Shown piece after piece: positions 40,801 through 50,273 of a stretch of DNA of 64,000 nt (position 1 is its first letter; the number at the start of each line of letters is the position of its first letter). The stretch spans positions 47,492,001-47,556,000 of the forward strand of contig NC_043014.1 of the NCBI RefSeq assembly GCF_006345805.1, given 5' to 3'. A program made the translations under genes and the position numbers. Origin of the DNA: Octopus sinensis (taxonomy: Eukaryota). Under the pieces are notes generated by a model. The model was not told the origin of the DNA. It was given only the letters and a program-made list of their open reading frames with translations, and made no database searches.

Positions 40801-43800
40801 AATGGCTTCCTTCCATCATAAAAATTTTTTGCTTAACAATAATGTGTTTTACCCATCTTGATTTTAACTTCACAACAGAGGATATACACACACACATAAA
40901 GCTACCACCACCACCACCACCACCACCACCACTATGACCACAACATCCACCACTACAACATCCCTGCCACCCCCAATCACTTCCACGACAACCATGACTA
41001 TTACCCTATGTTTGAAGCATGTAGCCCCCCCCTGTTCAGTTGCACAACTAGCATCAGTGTTTGGTATTGAAGGATTTACTGTGATCAACACTGTTACACT
41101 TACACCTCACCACTTACACTGTCACTACCTCAACACTCACCTCACTCTGTACACAATTACATCAACCCTTTCTCACTGTTTTATACTAACATTATTTTAC
41201 AATTACTCCAGTCCTCTGAAACCCTTTCACTAGTTACCCTAATCCTGCTAAACCCTCATGCCACAGTTACCCCAGTCCTGTTAAATCCTTCTGTTACAGT
41301 TACCCCTACTCTTTTAAACCTTTTCCCTACAGTTACCCAATCCTGTTAAACCCTTTCCCAACAGTTACCCCAGTCCTGTTAAACCTTTTCCCAACAGTTA
41401 CCCCAGTCCTGTTAAACCCTTGTTTCACAGTTACCCCAGTCCTGTTAAACCCTTCTGTCACAGTTACCCCAATCCTGTTAAACCCTTCTGTCACAGTTAC
41501 CCCAATCCTGTTAAACCCTTCTACCACAGTTACCCCAATCCCCTTAAACCCTTTCCCAACAGTTACCACAATTATGTTTAACCCTTTCACCACAGATACC
41601 CCATTTCTGTTTAGCCATTCCACCAGTTACCCCAACCCACTTAAACCTTTCCCCCCAATACTGTTACGCCAACTCTGTTAAACCCTTCCCCCACAGTTAC
41701 CCCAACCTGTTAAATCCTTCCATCACAGTTACCTAACCCTGCACTTACGCCAATCCTGTTAAACCCTTCCCCGAATGTTACCCTAACTGTTCAACCCTTC
41801 AGCTATAGTTACTCCAATACGTTGAACCCTCCACTTCCCAGACTGCCCCGTCCGCGGAAAGAAGGGGAGGAAAGGAGAAGGAAAGCAGGAGATGTAAATA
41901 GAAACTTAAAACTGAATTCTTCAGTTATCCTGTTAAGTAGAAGACCCTGTAATTTTCGTGCAGTCCTTTCACTTGAACAAATCCTGTATTATAACACCTA
42001 CACCGTTGTGTGTTCTTCCTGACGCTTTACCACTGCTAGAGCATGCTTGGGTGGGTTCACTGCTGTAAACCTATAGTTTAAGACATGTTTGATAACTTAA
42101 TTTAAATAAAAAAAAATATTTTCATATATTTGTAATATAAATAATATATATTTTCAAAGGATGATAGGTTGATGTATATTGTGCTTTATGCTAACCTCTG
42201 CGTTACAGACAGACAGACATTTGTTGACCTCTGCCCTGACTTCTACATTAGAACAAAACAAAGAGAGGTCATAGCTCAGTGTAAATCATTGCTTTGGAAC
42301 ACTAATGTTTAATGTATCTGCCTTTAATAGCATTAACGAGAGGAGGGGAGATACTGGGAGTTATTATGAAATCTGTATATGTTTATTGTTATTGCAAATA
42401 TTATTAGATTTGTCTACAACACCATTTCTAATCTTCTTGTTTCATCTTTCAGACTCTGGCTCTTCATCCAGCAATGATTCTGATGCTGAGAAGGATCCAT
42501 TACAAATACGAGATATTCATGGGGCCGTGCACCAGTCTTTTATTCGTGGAGATTCGACACGACGGGCCGTCACTTACCGCAAGACGTCATCAGCTCCGTC
42601 AACTCCTCAACAACAAACCAGACAGATTATATCAGAGAAAAGCAAAACTCAGGAAGAACTTGGAAATGAAAGCGACGACTCTGATAATAGCATGGATGAC
42701 TTTTATGAAGACAATCAAGATCTTTATCAAATGAAACTTGTAAAATCGGCTGAATTTTCTCAGCCGCTTGATTTGGACAATTTTCAGCTGATGTCTAAAT
42801 CTGATGGCTTTCTTGTTGCATCTTCTGCAGCAGACAATGATACTCGCAGGAATCTCACTGATCAAGGCACGAACAAAAATCTAATAGCGCCTTCTTTTAT
42901 TCAATGGAAAGATGGTCCAGCTGAGACATTACCGAATATTGGCCATGGTTTGAATCCTGGCCAACGACAGGCTTATTACTCTCGGTTCCATGATTATGCA
43001 GAAATTGATGAAAGTCAGATCTCAGCACCAGATAGTGTGGTACAAAGAACAACCAAAAAGAGTTCCTTGAAGAAAAAAGAAAAGGAACTTGAGCTTAAAG
43101 CTGGCACCATGTCTAAGAAAGATGATCGTGTTGATGAAGTGTCTACTTCTAAGCATTCAGCTCCAGAGAGCACCACTCAACTACGATCGGATTTACTTTC
43201 GGCAATAGCTAAACTCGAAGACAGCATCTCACCAATAAGTTACATGCAGAAAGATATGTGTAAATGCCTGAGTGTACCATCAGATATTGGTAAATCTTTA
43301 GAAAACGTCAATTTTGGTAGCCAATCGGATTTGATGTCTGGGGTTAGCATCAGTGAACTCTCTCAATCTGTGGACAGTATCTCAGTTAATGATAGCACGG
43401 ACTTCAATTTGAGTTGTACTTTTGCTGCAAATCCTTCTCTTTGTACAGATTCCGCTACTGCAATAGACCTCTGCAAACAAATCAACAAAGCTTTCACTAA
43501 TTCATTGAAAACCACACGAGAATCTCCAGAAAAGGGCACCCGAAAATCCACCTCGGACATTCCTAATTTAGTAGAAGGAGAGAAAGAGCCATCAAAAATG
43601 GTAAGATTCAAGCAAGGCAGTAATTCTTTAGATGAACGTAGTTGCATTGAAACTAAGGGCAAAGCTGACCAAACCAGCTCAAATAAGAACACGGATCAAG
43701 TGGGTCATGTCGGTCAGCTGAGTTCATCTGTCAGCGATAACTGTGTAAGGAGGGAAAAGAAATCTAATGTGGAACCCACCAAACGTTACTCACACCATAT

Positions 43801-46083
43801 TTTGGAACATCCGAAACCAGAAAGTGTCAACCCCTTGTTTATTGTTGAAAGTCCCCCTAGTCTAGAGAGCCTGAACAGCTTCACCCAAATGTTAAGGTTC
43901 TATGACCCTGAAGAAGTGAAACATATGATGGCAGAATCTTCTGACTACTGGTCACGGCATACACAGGCAACTGAAAATAATCAGACAGCTTCTAGTCCAA
44001 CTTCGAATATACTGCCACTTGCACACATTGAAGAAGGTAATCAATTATCGCCTCTTGAAAGCAACACAATGATGGGGGAATCGAAGGAACACTCACCACT
44101 CAGCAGTCCAAGTACGATCTGCAAAAGTCCAGTTGAAGGACGCTCTAAAGATCTAGATTTATCCGACGACAATGATAAAGACGACAGCTTGAAGGAAAGT
44201 AACTCTTCGTTGCAGAAAACTTTTGATGGAAATTCCTTTGAAGATTTTTCTAATGAAACTTTGAAGCAGCTTGAAGACACCATGGAAAGTGACATCATGG
44301 TCCGATCTTTACCTCCAGAATCGTCCCTCACCGATTCTTTACTCAAACCTAAGACATCCCAGTCCATTCCTGGATCGTTCAAAGATAAAACACAAAGTGA
44401 AATCAATGTTAGTCGTTCTTCACGGAAACTTTCATCAGACATTAGCAAAGATCAACCAGATTCCGCATCTGATTCAGCTTACACATCTGAGACACCATCA
44501 GTGAAGAGATGGGAAAGCATGGAAGTGAACCCCTCTCTGGATTCTGTTCTAGTCCTGTCTCCAAGGCCTGTTATCACAGTACCACGTCCTGACTCAGAGT
44601 CATCTGTTCCTAACGTTGACTCTAATCAAAATAGCTGTGATCAATTGTCTGTTAAGGACTCTAGTGAGACTCTTATTTCATCACCACACTCCCCTCTAAG
44701 TATGAAGAATATATATGGAAATAATCGTCCTCCACAGTCTTCTGTTGCTGATTTAGACAGTATCATGAATATGTCAAAAGAAGAGCTGGAAAATGCTGAA
44801 AAGATTATATTAGCAGGAGACAATGTTGGTGCCGGTCACCAGATTCCTTTAGCTAGTCCTGAAGTGTCAGGAATAAGTGACCAATCTGAACAAGATCAAT
44901 CAAGTGAAGAGAAAAGCTTAAATTCTCAAACTGATTCACATCGACATGGTAATAGCAAAGAGACTTCAAAAGGATTTGGTGCCTTGAAAAAATCATCAAC
45001 AATTCCAGCGCTGGGACAGCCACAGAAAGAAGCTACGACAGACAACAAAATGCATGAGAGCAACAAGCCATTAAGTCAACCAACATCTCCTGTTAAAAGT
45101 CCTAGCCACAAAGAGGGAATAGAAAAACTTCGTCGTTCATTCATTGCTGATCGGAAGGAGTTTGTCAGTCAAAATTCCAAATCCCCTCCAAGTGAAAATG
45201 AGGAATCTGAAATTGATTTAGGTTCTAAAGATACGAATGTTTCCAGAAAAGACCCTGTGTGTAAAGGGGTCCATAAAGAAACAGTGAAACCAGAGAATAA
45301 GAAAGTTCCTGAAGCAAATAAATCAAAAGACAACAAGACTGTCAGTAAAGAAACGGCAAAATCAGGGGACAACAAGACCTCTGGTAAAGATACGGCAAAA
45401 TCGGGAGACAATAAGACCGTTGGTAAAGATACGTCGAAATCTGGAGACAGCAAGAATGTTGGTAAAGATACATCGAAATCAGGAGAGACTAAAATTACTG
45501 GTACGGCCAAGTCAGGAGATAGTAAAGCTGTTGGTAAAGACACGGCCAAAGCAAAGGATAAGAAAATGTCTGAAGTATCTAAATCTGGAGATAGTAAAAA
45601 CGTTGGTAAAGATACGACCAAGTCAGGAGATACTAAAGCTGTCAGCAAAGAGACAACGAAGGCAGGAGACGGTAAAACTGTTGGTAAAGAGGCAACCAAG
45701 TCAAGTAAAAGAGAAACTAACCAGAAACCATCAAGCGATCCCAAGAAAACTGTGTCTGGTGGTCAGAAAGAGGAGAAAAGCCATTCCACCGGAAGTAGTG
45801 AGTCACAATCTTCTAGTAATCGGCTCTGTCAGATTTCACCCCCTGAAGAAGAGGTCCTTATTCAGATCCGTCCCACACTGAAAAGATCCTCTTCACCAAG
45901 GAGAAGGCTGATTGAGAAGATGAAAAAAGGCACTGAAACTCACGAGAAGCGACCAAGCGTGACCGAAGAAACGATTTCAGCTTCAAACGTGGCCACAGCT
46001 GCTTGTGGGAAAAGCTGCAGGCCACAACAAAACACACCACCAAAACAGATTCCACAATCGACTGCAGGTTCGAACCTTACATG

Positions 46084-46114
<31 letters not shown>

Positions 46115-47728
46115 GATAAAGACGATGGGACAGACTTTTCCAAAGCTCGCTCTCTCGACAGTTTGCTGTCCGATTTAAAAACCAGACCAAAATCAGAGAG
46201 CAAGAACCAGAGAAATGATGCATTTCGGTGTAATATGACCTCCAGCAGCTCCGATGTTCTTCGAGGTCAGAGCAAGAGTTCAATGGGGACGGCGACATCG
46301 TCTGACCTTGAAGTGATTCATGACCCTGAAATGACCGACAGTGTATTTGTAGAAAACTGCGCTGTCGATGTGCGAGGACGTAAAGAGTCAAGAGCAGGTA
46401 AAAAATGTGCAACAAATATTGCAAAAAACGTCGTTGATGGCAGCAGTAACAGGTCGTCGTTGGATGAATCTGTTCTGCAGGTTGCTGCTGAAAGACATAC
46501 TGCATTTGAGGCTGCTAAAGATGGCTGCAGCATACAACAATACAACACTGCATCTCTGAAATACCCGAAAGCCAAGAAACTACAGAACTTAAAAGAATTC
46601 TTTGAACACGAAGAGTTGAAGAACAGACCAAACTACAATCGATCTGCTAGTAGCCCTTCGAACCCAAACTCACCCACTTGTCCACGGTACCAAAGACAAT
46701 ACAGAGAAAGTGGTAAAAAAAGGGAATCCAGCCGGAAAGACTCAATGTCCCCTTCGCGGTCTCGTGAACGGGAAGCCACAAAGTCCACCACTAAATCCAA
46801 AACAGATACCAACAGCCAGGGACGCAGCCCAACCCCTAGTGCCCACAGTCCGACCCCTAGTGCTCATAGTCCTACCCCTAGCAGTCGAAGCACAACCCCA
46901 AGTGGCCGAAGCCCGACTCCGAGCGGTCGAAGCCCAACACCCAGTGGCCGCAAGCCAGCTGCTTTAGAGAAATGGCAGCGTGCTGAATCGCACGAACGTG
47001 ATGGCAAGCAGACGTGGGAGATGGGCGTCGACTATGTGCTTTGTAAATCACCAAAATCTAAATCAGAATCTTCAGGTCACTCCACTCCAAAAGGCACTGC
47101 TTATCGCATGCGTACTGGGAGTGAATCTTCAGCAAGTGATGTAGATGTAAAGAGTCCTCCCCCGCAACGTGCTAAAGACAGGCAACGCAAAGCTGTACGC
47201 AATGTGGAACAAAGTAAGAGTGATACAAGCGATTCTGAATCGAAACATTCTTTCTCTGAAATGGAATGTATCGGGGAGGAACAAGTTCCTCGACGAAAGC
47301 GCAAAGATAGCATTAAGGAACTGCGAAACTATTTTGAGGGCAAACAGGCTGCAGGAACTGAACCGATCAACATTGGTGGTGGGAATAATAACAACATTAA
47401 CTCTTCAGTTTTTACATCGAGCTGCTCTGAACTGAGCAGCCATAGTGTGAGTGCTGAGAAAATAGACCCAATGGCTTATATGAGTAAATCATTAACTTGT
47501 GAATCAACAACGGTTGTCCCACGGAGGGCAGCAAGATCTAGGGTCAAGAGTCTGTCTCCTGTGTGTGGACAAAGTGATTTAAAATCAGACGATGAATTAT
47601 CACATAAAGGAAGTAGTCGTTTTAGTCTAGACTTTAGTGGTTATACCACTCGACCACACGTCGAGGGCATTGTTCGACCACAGCCAGTAAGGCTTGGTCC
47701 TAAACCATTCTATGGGGCCAAAACCTGA
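1048..47728 (+). CDS. ARHGAP32: Rho GTPase-activating protein 32/33-like (PX-SH3-RhoGAP; CdGAPr/PX-RICS family), spliced, 5'-partial: join(1048..1140,2165..2287,3502..3579,5841..5934,13810..13959,14734..14836,18872..19016,19646..19719,21182..21289,22124..22266,23692..23881,27080..27231,28480..28677,29574..29741,42453..47728)
   Basis: All exons are bounded by AG/GT and phases chain without a break. The translation has family motifs [114 protein letters not shown]. The start codon lies upstream of the window. The symbol is a family-level assignment (ARHGAP32/33). Confidence 0.92.
2165..2287 (+). CDS. ARHGAP32: RhoGAP32-like exon, start of SH3 (MDNRGNRLL...[13 protein letters not shown])
   Basis: ttgcag| and |gtcagt, 123 nt, phase 0-0. 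Confidence 0.92.
3000..3475. repeat. 130-bp higher-order repeat built from ~10-bp tgacctctgc-like monomers
   Basis: tggccaacttctacccacct recurs at 3091, 3241 and 3371. Confidence 0.85.
3502..3579 (+). CDS. ARHGAP32: RhoGAP32-like exon, SH3 core ([26 protein letters not shown])
   Basis: ttacag| and |gtaaat; SH3 WW motif; not in the ORF track. Confidence 0.92.
4510..4719. mobile_element. piggyBac-like MITE
   Basis: TTAA on both sides; 13-bp TIR cccttttgttact. Confidence 0.8.
5841..5934 (+). CDS. ARHGAP32: RhoGAP32-like exon, end of SH3 ([19 protein letters not shown]...RKP)
   Basis: tttcag| and |gtaagt, phase 0-1. Confidence 0.92.
6456..6506 (+). CDS. candidate 51-nt cassette micro-exon ([17 protein letters not shown])
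   Basis: C-rich pyrimidine tract plus ccag|, |gtcagt donor, symmetric phase 1-1, stop-free. Confidence 0.4.
7500..8370 (-). mobile_element. decayed Tc1/mariner transposase relic
   Basis: Minus strand LVTRDE..FYDPEMK..SME and [10 protein letters not shown] (derived from HPPYSPDLAP). Confidence 0.65.
8375..10730 (-). mobile_element. decayed Penelope-like element (RT thumb, linker, GIY-YIG endonuclease)
   Basis: Collinear minus-strand motifs: YHKPN..YI....[13 protein letters not shown] (10700-10480); [24 protein letters not shown] (~9295-9215); [20 protein letters not shown] (~8590-8520); YMHRHTF..TTSL..LQWKI (~8490-8375); with stops and frameshifts. Confidence 0.8.
12329..12427 (+). CDS. candidate 99-nt cassette exon with GC donor ([33 protein letters not shown])
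   Basis: ctttcctgcag| acceptor, CAG|GCACGT donor, symmetric phase 1-1, GC-rich island in AT-rich intron. Confidence 0.55.
13178..13581. mobile_element. (TA)n-embedded hairpin element: arms 13178-13293 and 13374-13487, plus tail
   Basis: About 115-bp near-perfect inverted repeat; related single arms at ~9795-9895 and ~17716-17822. Confidence 0.8.
13810..13959 (+). CDS. ARHGAP32: RhoGAP32-like exon ([15 protein letters not shown]...[19 protein letters not shown])
   Basis: caacag| and |gtgagc; VFG motif at start of RhoGAP domain. Confidence 0.93.
14063..14482. mobile_element. (TA)n-embedded hairpin element: 39-bp arms 14063-14101 and 14333-14371, internal hammerhead, plus tail
   Basis: Perfect inverted arms; arm and tail are related to the 37208-37550 element. 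Confidence 0.8.
14210..14281 (-). ncRNA. degenerate type I hammerhead ribozyme (CCGATGA core, GUA site)
   Basis: Minus strand TCGTA-CCGATGA-long stem II-GAAAC-AT-GTA-TACGA; palindromic ACATGT stem III; 10.1/11.1 mismatch. Confidence 0.55.
14734..14836 (+). CDS. ARHGAP32: RhoGAP domain exon with arginine finger ([35 protein letters not shown])
   Basis: ttccag| and |gtaaga; GIYRLSG catalytic Arg intact. Confidence 0.94.
15000..15830. repeat. 30-bp minisatellite (gactgttctgtgtgtgtatgtggagtgttg), ~17.5 homogeneous units at 15301-15830 with a degenerate 5' flank
   Basis: Direct inspection. Confidence 0.95.
16270..16508. repeat. compound (TCTG)n/(TCTA)n microsatellite
   Basis: Direct inspection. 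Confidence 0.95.
17418..17694. mobile_element. (TA)n-embedded hairpin element, 114-bp arms (17418-17531 and 17581-17694)
   Basis: One mismatch between arms; explains the near-identical ORFs on opposite strands in the track. Confidence 0.85.
18125..18322. mobile_element. (TA)n-embedded hairpin element, 38-bp arms plus tail
   Basis: 18125-18162 is the reverse complement of 18183-18220. Confidence 0.75.
18713..18757. repeat. perfect 21-bp hairpin with 3-nt loop inside a TA-flanked segment
   Basis: cttgcaaccttttcaatagtc-gtt-gactattgaaaaggttgcaag. Confidence 0.85.
18872..19016 (+). CDS. ARHGAP32: RhoGAP domain exon (LAFDEDRMP...[23 protein letters not shown])
   Basis: taacag| and |gtaagt. Confidence 0.94.
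19646..19719 (+). CDS. ARHGAP32: RhoGAP domain exon ([25 protein letters not shown])
   Basis: tttcag| and |gtattt. Confidence 0.92.
21182..21289 (+). CDS. ARHGAP32: RhoGAP domain exon ([36 protein letters not shown])
   Basis: ttgtag| and |gtttgt. Confidence 0.93.
22124..22266 (+). CDS. ARHGAP32: end of RhoGAP domain exon ([36 protein letters not shown]...)
   Basis: ttccag| and |gtaagt. Confidence 0.92.
22404..23188. mobile_element. hAT/Charlie-like MITE with a nested insertion at ~22490-22880
   Basis: Imperfect TIRs cagtgcttctcaac / gttgagaatctctg. Confidence 0.55.
23190..23462. repeat. compound (TAT)n/(CAT)n microsatellite
   Basis: Direct inspection. Confidence 0.95.
23692..23881 (+). 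CDS. ARHGAP32: RhoGAP32-like exon ([22 protein letters not shown]...KYHTVLDLP)
   Basis: ttgcag| and |gtaact; conserved post-GAP block of ARHGAP31/32/33. Confidence 0.92.
25325..25790 (+). mobile_element. L1/Tx1-like LINE 3' end
   Basis: [27 protein letters not shown], then AATAAA and (ATT)n. Confidence 0.55.
25951..26342 (+). mobile_element. tRNA-derived CORE-type SINE family B
   Basis: ggagtggctgtgtggtaag..gggttcagtccc head, ccttgggcaagt core, internal TA/TG microsatellite; copies at ~6612, 16790, 31275, 51885, 52560, 56400, 58800, 61331, 61689, 62055. Confidence 0.85.
27080..27231 (+). CDS. ARHGAP32: RhoGAP32-like exon (KKSRDASS...[14 protein letters not shown]...)
   Basis: tttcag| and |gtaagt; KKSP..W.SFF motif; absent from the ORF track. 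Confidence 0.88.
27408..27792 (+). mobile_element. tRNA-derived SINE family C with 11-bp TSD
   Basis: ggaggcgcaatggcccagtggttagg..gtttc(g/a)attcc; TSD atactcaaaca. Confidence 0.85.
28480..28677 (+). CDS. ARHGAP32: RhoGAP32-like exon (...[15 protein letters not shown]...)
   Basis: ttgcag| and |gtatcc; LR.AKS.ESL motif. Confidence 0.88.
28862..29080. mobile_element. piggyBac-like MITE
   Basis: TTAA-ccctt(g)agt...actaaaggg-TTAA. Confidence 0.7.
29574..29741 (+). CDS. ARHGAP32: RhoGAP32-like exon ([20 protein letters not shown]...DASNE)
   Basis: ttttag| and |gtaagg, phase 1-1, stop-free. Confidence 0.82.
30139..30271. mobile_element. small hAT-like MITE
   Basis: TIRs cagtcataggcaacctt / aaggttgtctatggctg. 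Confidence 0.55.
31742..32090 (+). mobile_element. tRNA-derived SINE family F
   Basis: ggcgcatggctcagtggttagagcg..gagctcgaatccc head, ttcttgagcaaggcac core; relatives at ~16512 (+), ~17855-18110 (-), ~51580, ~56606. Confidence 0.75.
34600..34980 (-). mobile_element. RTE-BovB-like LINE 3' fragment
   Basis: Minus strand [35 protein letters not shown]. Confidence 0.65.
35827..36060 (+). mobile_element. SINE family A, full copy
   Basis: Same sequence as 50-468; flanked by ggtatataa duplication. Confidence 0.85.
37208..37550. mobile_element. (TA)n-embedded hairpin element, ~82-bp arms (37208-37290 and 37362-37443) plus tail
   Basis: Near-perfect inverted repeat; same family as 14063. Confidence 0.8.
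37660..37790. mobile_element. (TA)n-embedded hairpin made of two opposed copies of the terminus seen at 50675-50752
   Basis: agagtccctcctag..ggcatttatg..taatgccctctatata is shared with 50700-50750. Confidence 0.75.
37811..38940 (+). mobile_element. 5'-truncated RTE-clade LINE (ORF end, 3' UTR, (GAT)n tail)
   Basis: [42 protein letters not shown]; its 3' UTR is the abundant (CAT)n-gtttaacgtcc repeat at ~770, 3840, 5615, 17207, 19985, 20810, 27873, 30520, 34001, 39440, 54620, 55350, 56206. Confidence 0.85.
39345..40885 (+). mobile_element. older RTE-like LINE 3' part, interrupted by three younger insertions
   Basis: [22 protein letters not shown] / [30 protein letters not shown] / [10 protein letters not shown]; SINE TSDs ggtaactgtg and aagaagtg; inverted copy of its 3' end at ~36808-37020. 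Confidence 0.75.
41230..41830. repeat. ~33-bp degenerate minisatellite (cagttaccccaatcctgttaaacccttctgtca)
   Basis: Direct inspection; about 18 units. Confidence 0.9.
42453..47728 (+). CDS. ARHGAP32: giant terminal coding exon (~1,758 aa, Ser/Lys/Asp-rich, likely disordered tail, ending ...[12 protein letters not shown])
   Basis: Long pyrimidine tract tttcag| at 42452, in phase with the previous exon. The first ~50 aa of the 1807-aa ORF are intron read-through. Confidence 0.9.
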
Positions 47729-50240
47729 CTGCTCTTAGCTTGCTAACTGTGATATCTCACTGCATTTCCATGTTGCATTTGCTATTTGCCGACATCAACA
47801 TAAATAGGAGACCATGCAAAGAACTGAGCTGAGAGGAATTGCAAAATGTCATTCTTTTGCAGTTGAGTTAACATATACACACATACATCATATATACATG
47901 TGTGTACATATATATATATATGTGTGTGTATATGTATGTGTGTGCAAATATTTGTATATAAACACAGACTCACATACATATGCGTATATATATGTAATAT
48001 ATATGATTGATTTTTACAAGACTCTAACCCCTTTATTTCAGGTGTTAAGTAAACCTAACAACACTGATGTTTATTTCTTAAATTGTTGTTTATTGAAGAA
48101 ATCAGTTTTATTATTGAACTCTCGACGATTCCAAATTGGAGTCGATCCATTTTTACCATTGTTAAGTCAACCAAATTGTATGTTGTTGTAAACTTGATGC
48201 GAAGCATTGGTTCAGGCCATTGCAAGTGTTGATAAACTGGTAACAGCCAACCTGAATAGATGATCATTCTCACCTTTCAGCAAATCTTAATCTCTCTCAT
48301 ATGACCATTTCTGTTAAGACTTTTTTTCCCCTCCACATTCTTCAATAGCATTCCCAGCCATCGAGTATTGGCTGTACACTGCTCATAACCCAGTACAGAG
48401 TCGCTATTACAGCTAAAACTGACTGTCTCTAACTTAACTTTTAGCACAACTCCAGGAATAGAAGCACTTTCTTTTAATTTATTATCATGATTATTATTTT
48501 TATTATTATTATTATTATTATTATTAACTTCATCTTTCTCTCTCTGTATGAAGAGGTTCGCAATTTAAAGTGGTTATCTAAATAGTTCTTGATAGTTTAC
48601 CATATATGGGTAGACAAGAGAGACCAGTTGAACTATGGCGTCACCTCGGTGAGATTATGGCACGTTTTAGCGAAGATTCTTCCAGAATTATATTGAGCAA
48701 ATGATATAAAAGTCCCACCCCGTCCCTGAGACCATGCAATACCCTGACTGCCCATTTATGTTGCATCATTCATAACAGTGAAATGTCTTCCAGAAATGTC
48801 ATGTGTTGCCATTTGTCCTTTACTGACCTCTGGTCAGTTTACACACACTTTGTCCAATTGTTATTGTTTAAACAACCATTGGTCAACTTGCAAACACTAT
48901 TCTACCCTTTTCCTGTTATAATGTTGTTTAATGCCCATTGGCCACTATTGGTCGGCGAGCGTTGTTGTGTCCTAATCACCATTGGTCAGTCATGTGGAGA
49001 AAACCATTTGCAGCAATAAACTATTTATTTCTCGCTAAATCATCTCTACCTCCATCCTTCAATACTTCACACTTGTTGAAAACACTTCGGTTCCACATCT
49101 TCAAATTTAATTTTTTGAAAAAATTTGTTTTTTAAACATGCTTAAATAGATGTAACATGTGTATGAGTACGTGTATGCGTGTGTGTGTGTGTATGTGAGA
49201 CCACGGTGTAAATTCAAGAACTTCAGTCACTAAAAAAAAAAAAAAATCAAAAACGATTTTAGAATCTGTCTTGACAGAAAGTGTTTAATATTTAATCCAG
49301 TGGCGATATTCTGAATTACTATTGCACTAACGAGAAAGATTCTTCTTAAACTGAATCATGAAATGAATAAAACTTCCATCTAAATTTAATTAACCCTTCA
49401 TTTCAGTCTAATTAATATTTCATCCAGGCTTGGAGATTTAATCTCTTAATGAATTGTTTGTTTATTGTTCAAGGTGGACATTAGTTTATTCCATCTTGTA
49501 AAAGATACTAAGACCAAATAGTTCCCTACAATTGGCTGCTGTCTTACTACATGTTACCATGTGGTAGGAACATACCAGATGCAACATGGGGAGGTTATTG
49601 TTATCAATATATTCACTCAACATTCATCATGAATTAATCTCATTGTTGGTCATTGCTTGTCTTCTGCTCCACATGATTGATAAAACTGTTTCACGTACGA
49701 CACAGCATCTTACATCTCTTGACCAATGGCTAGCTGGCATTGTAGTAACTTTGGTCATCATTCAGGAATTTACCGTTTTACACAGTGCTATAACTTTTAA
49801 TGAACCAAATAAAATATAACTGAAAGAGAAGACCCAAACCACAGAAACTTAACCTAACCTATATTCCTAGAGAAGGTTAATATTTAAAAAAAAAACAAAC
49901 AAATGTGATGACGAGAAACTTGATGAATGTCTTGTAGGGTTCCTTTACAAGAAACAACTAACAGACGCAGATTTCTTTCAGTTCAATAATTCCTGTTTGT
50001 TTTGCCATTTTACTCTGCCTCCTCCCCCTCTTCCCTACCACAACAGAACATCTACACTTTCATCTATTACCACACCCTATATATATATGTGTGTGTATAT
50101 ATATATATATATATATAATATATATATATATACCTGAAGGTGTGTGAGTACATGTATGTGTGTATATATATATAAATATATATATAAAATGATTTTCATT
50201 CTGTCTCTGCAATAAATTCATAATGTACAAATTAAAAGTA
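47729..50240 (+). other. putative 3' UTR of the RhoGAP gene
   Basis: About 2.5 kb with no recognisable SINE/LINE, unlike the introns; ends at AATAAA 50211-50216; other AATAAA near 49015, 49366 and 49808. Confidence 0.6.
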
Positions 50241-50256
50241 TTGTCTTTCTTATTTC
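50211..50256 (+). terminator. putative polyadenylation signal plus downstream U/GU-rich element
   Basis: AATAAA at 50211, ATTAAA at 50231, then ttgtctttcttattt; repeats resume immediately after. Confidence 0.55.
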
Positions 50257-50273
50257 ATATCATCATCCATCTA

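Noticed and set aside
42305-42452. N-terminal hydrophobic segment of the 1807-aa ORF as a signal or TM region of a standalone gene
   Set aside because: It is the intron's pyrimidine tract; the acceptor at 42452 is in phase with the upstream exon
43363-46575. Antisense ORFs up to 191 aa within the giant exon
   Set aside because: Shadow frames of a biased, repetitive coding sequence
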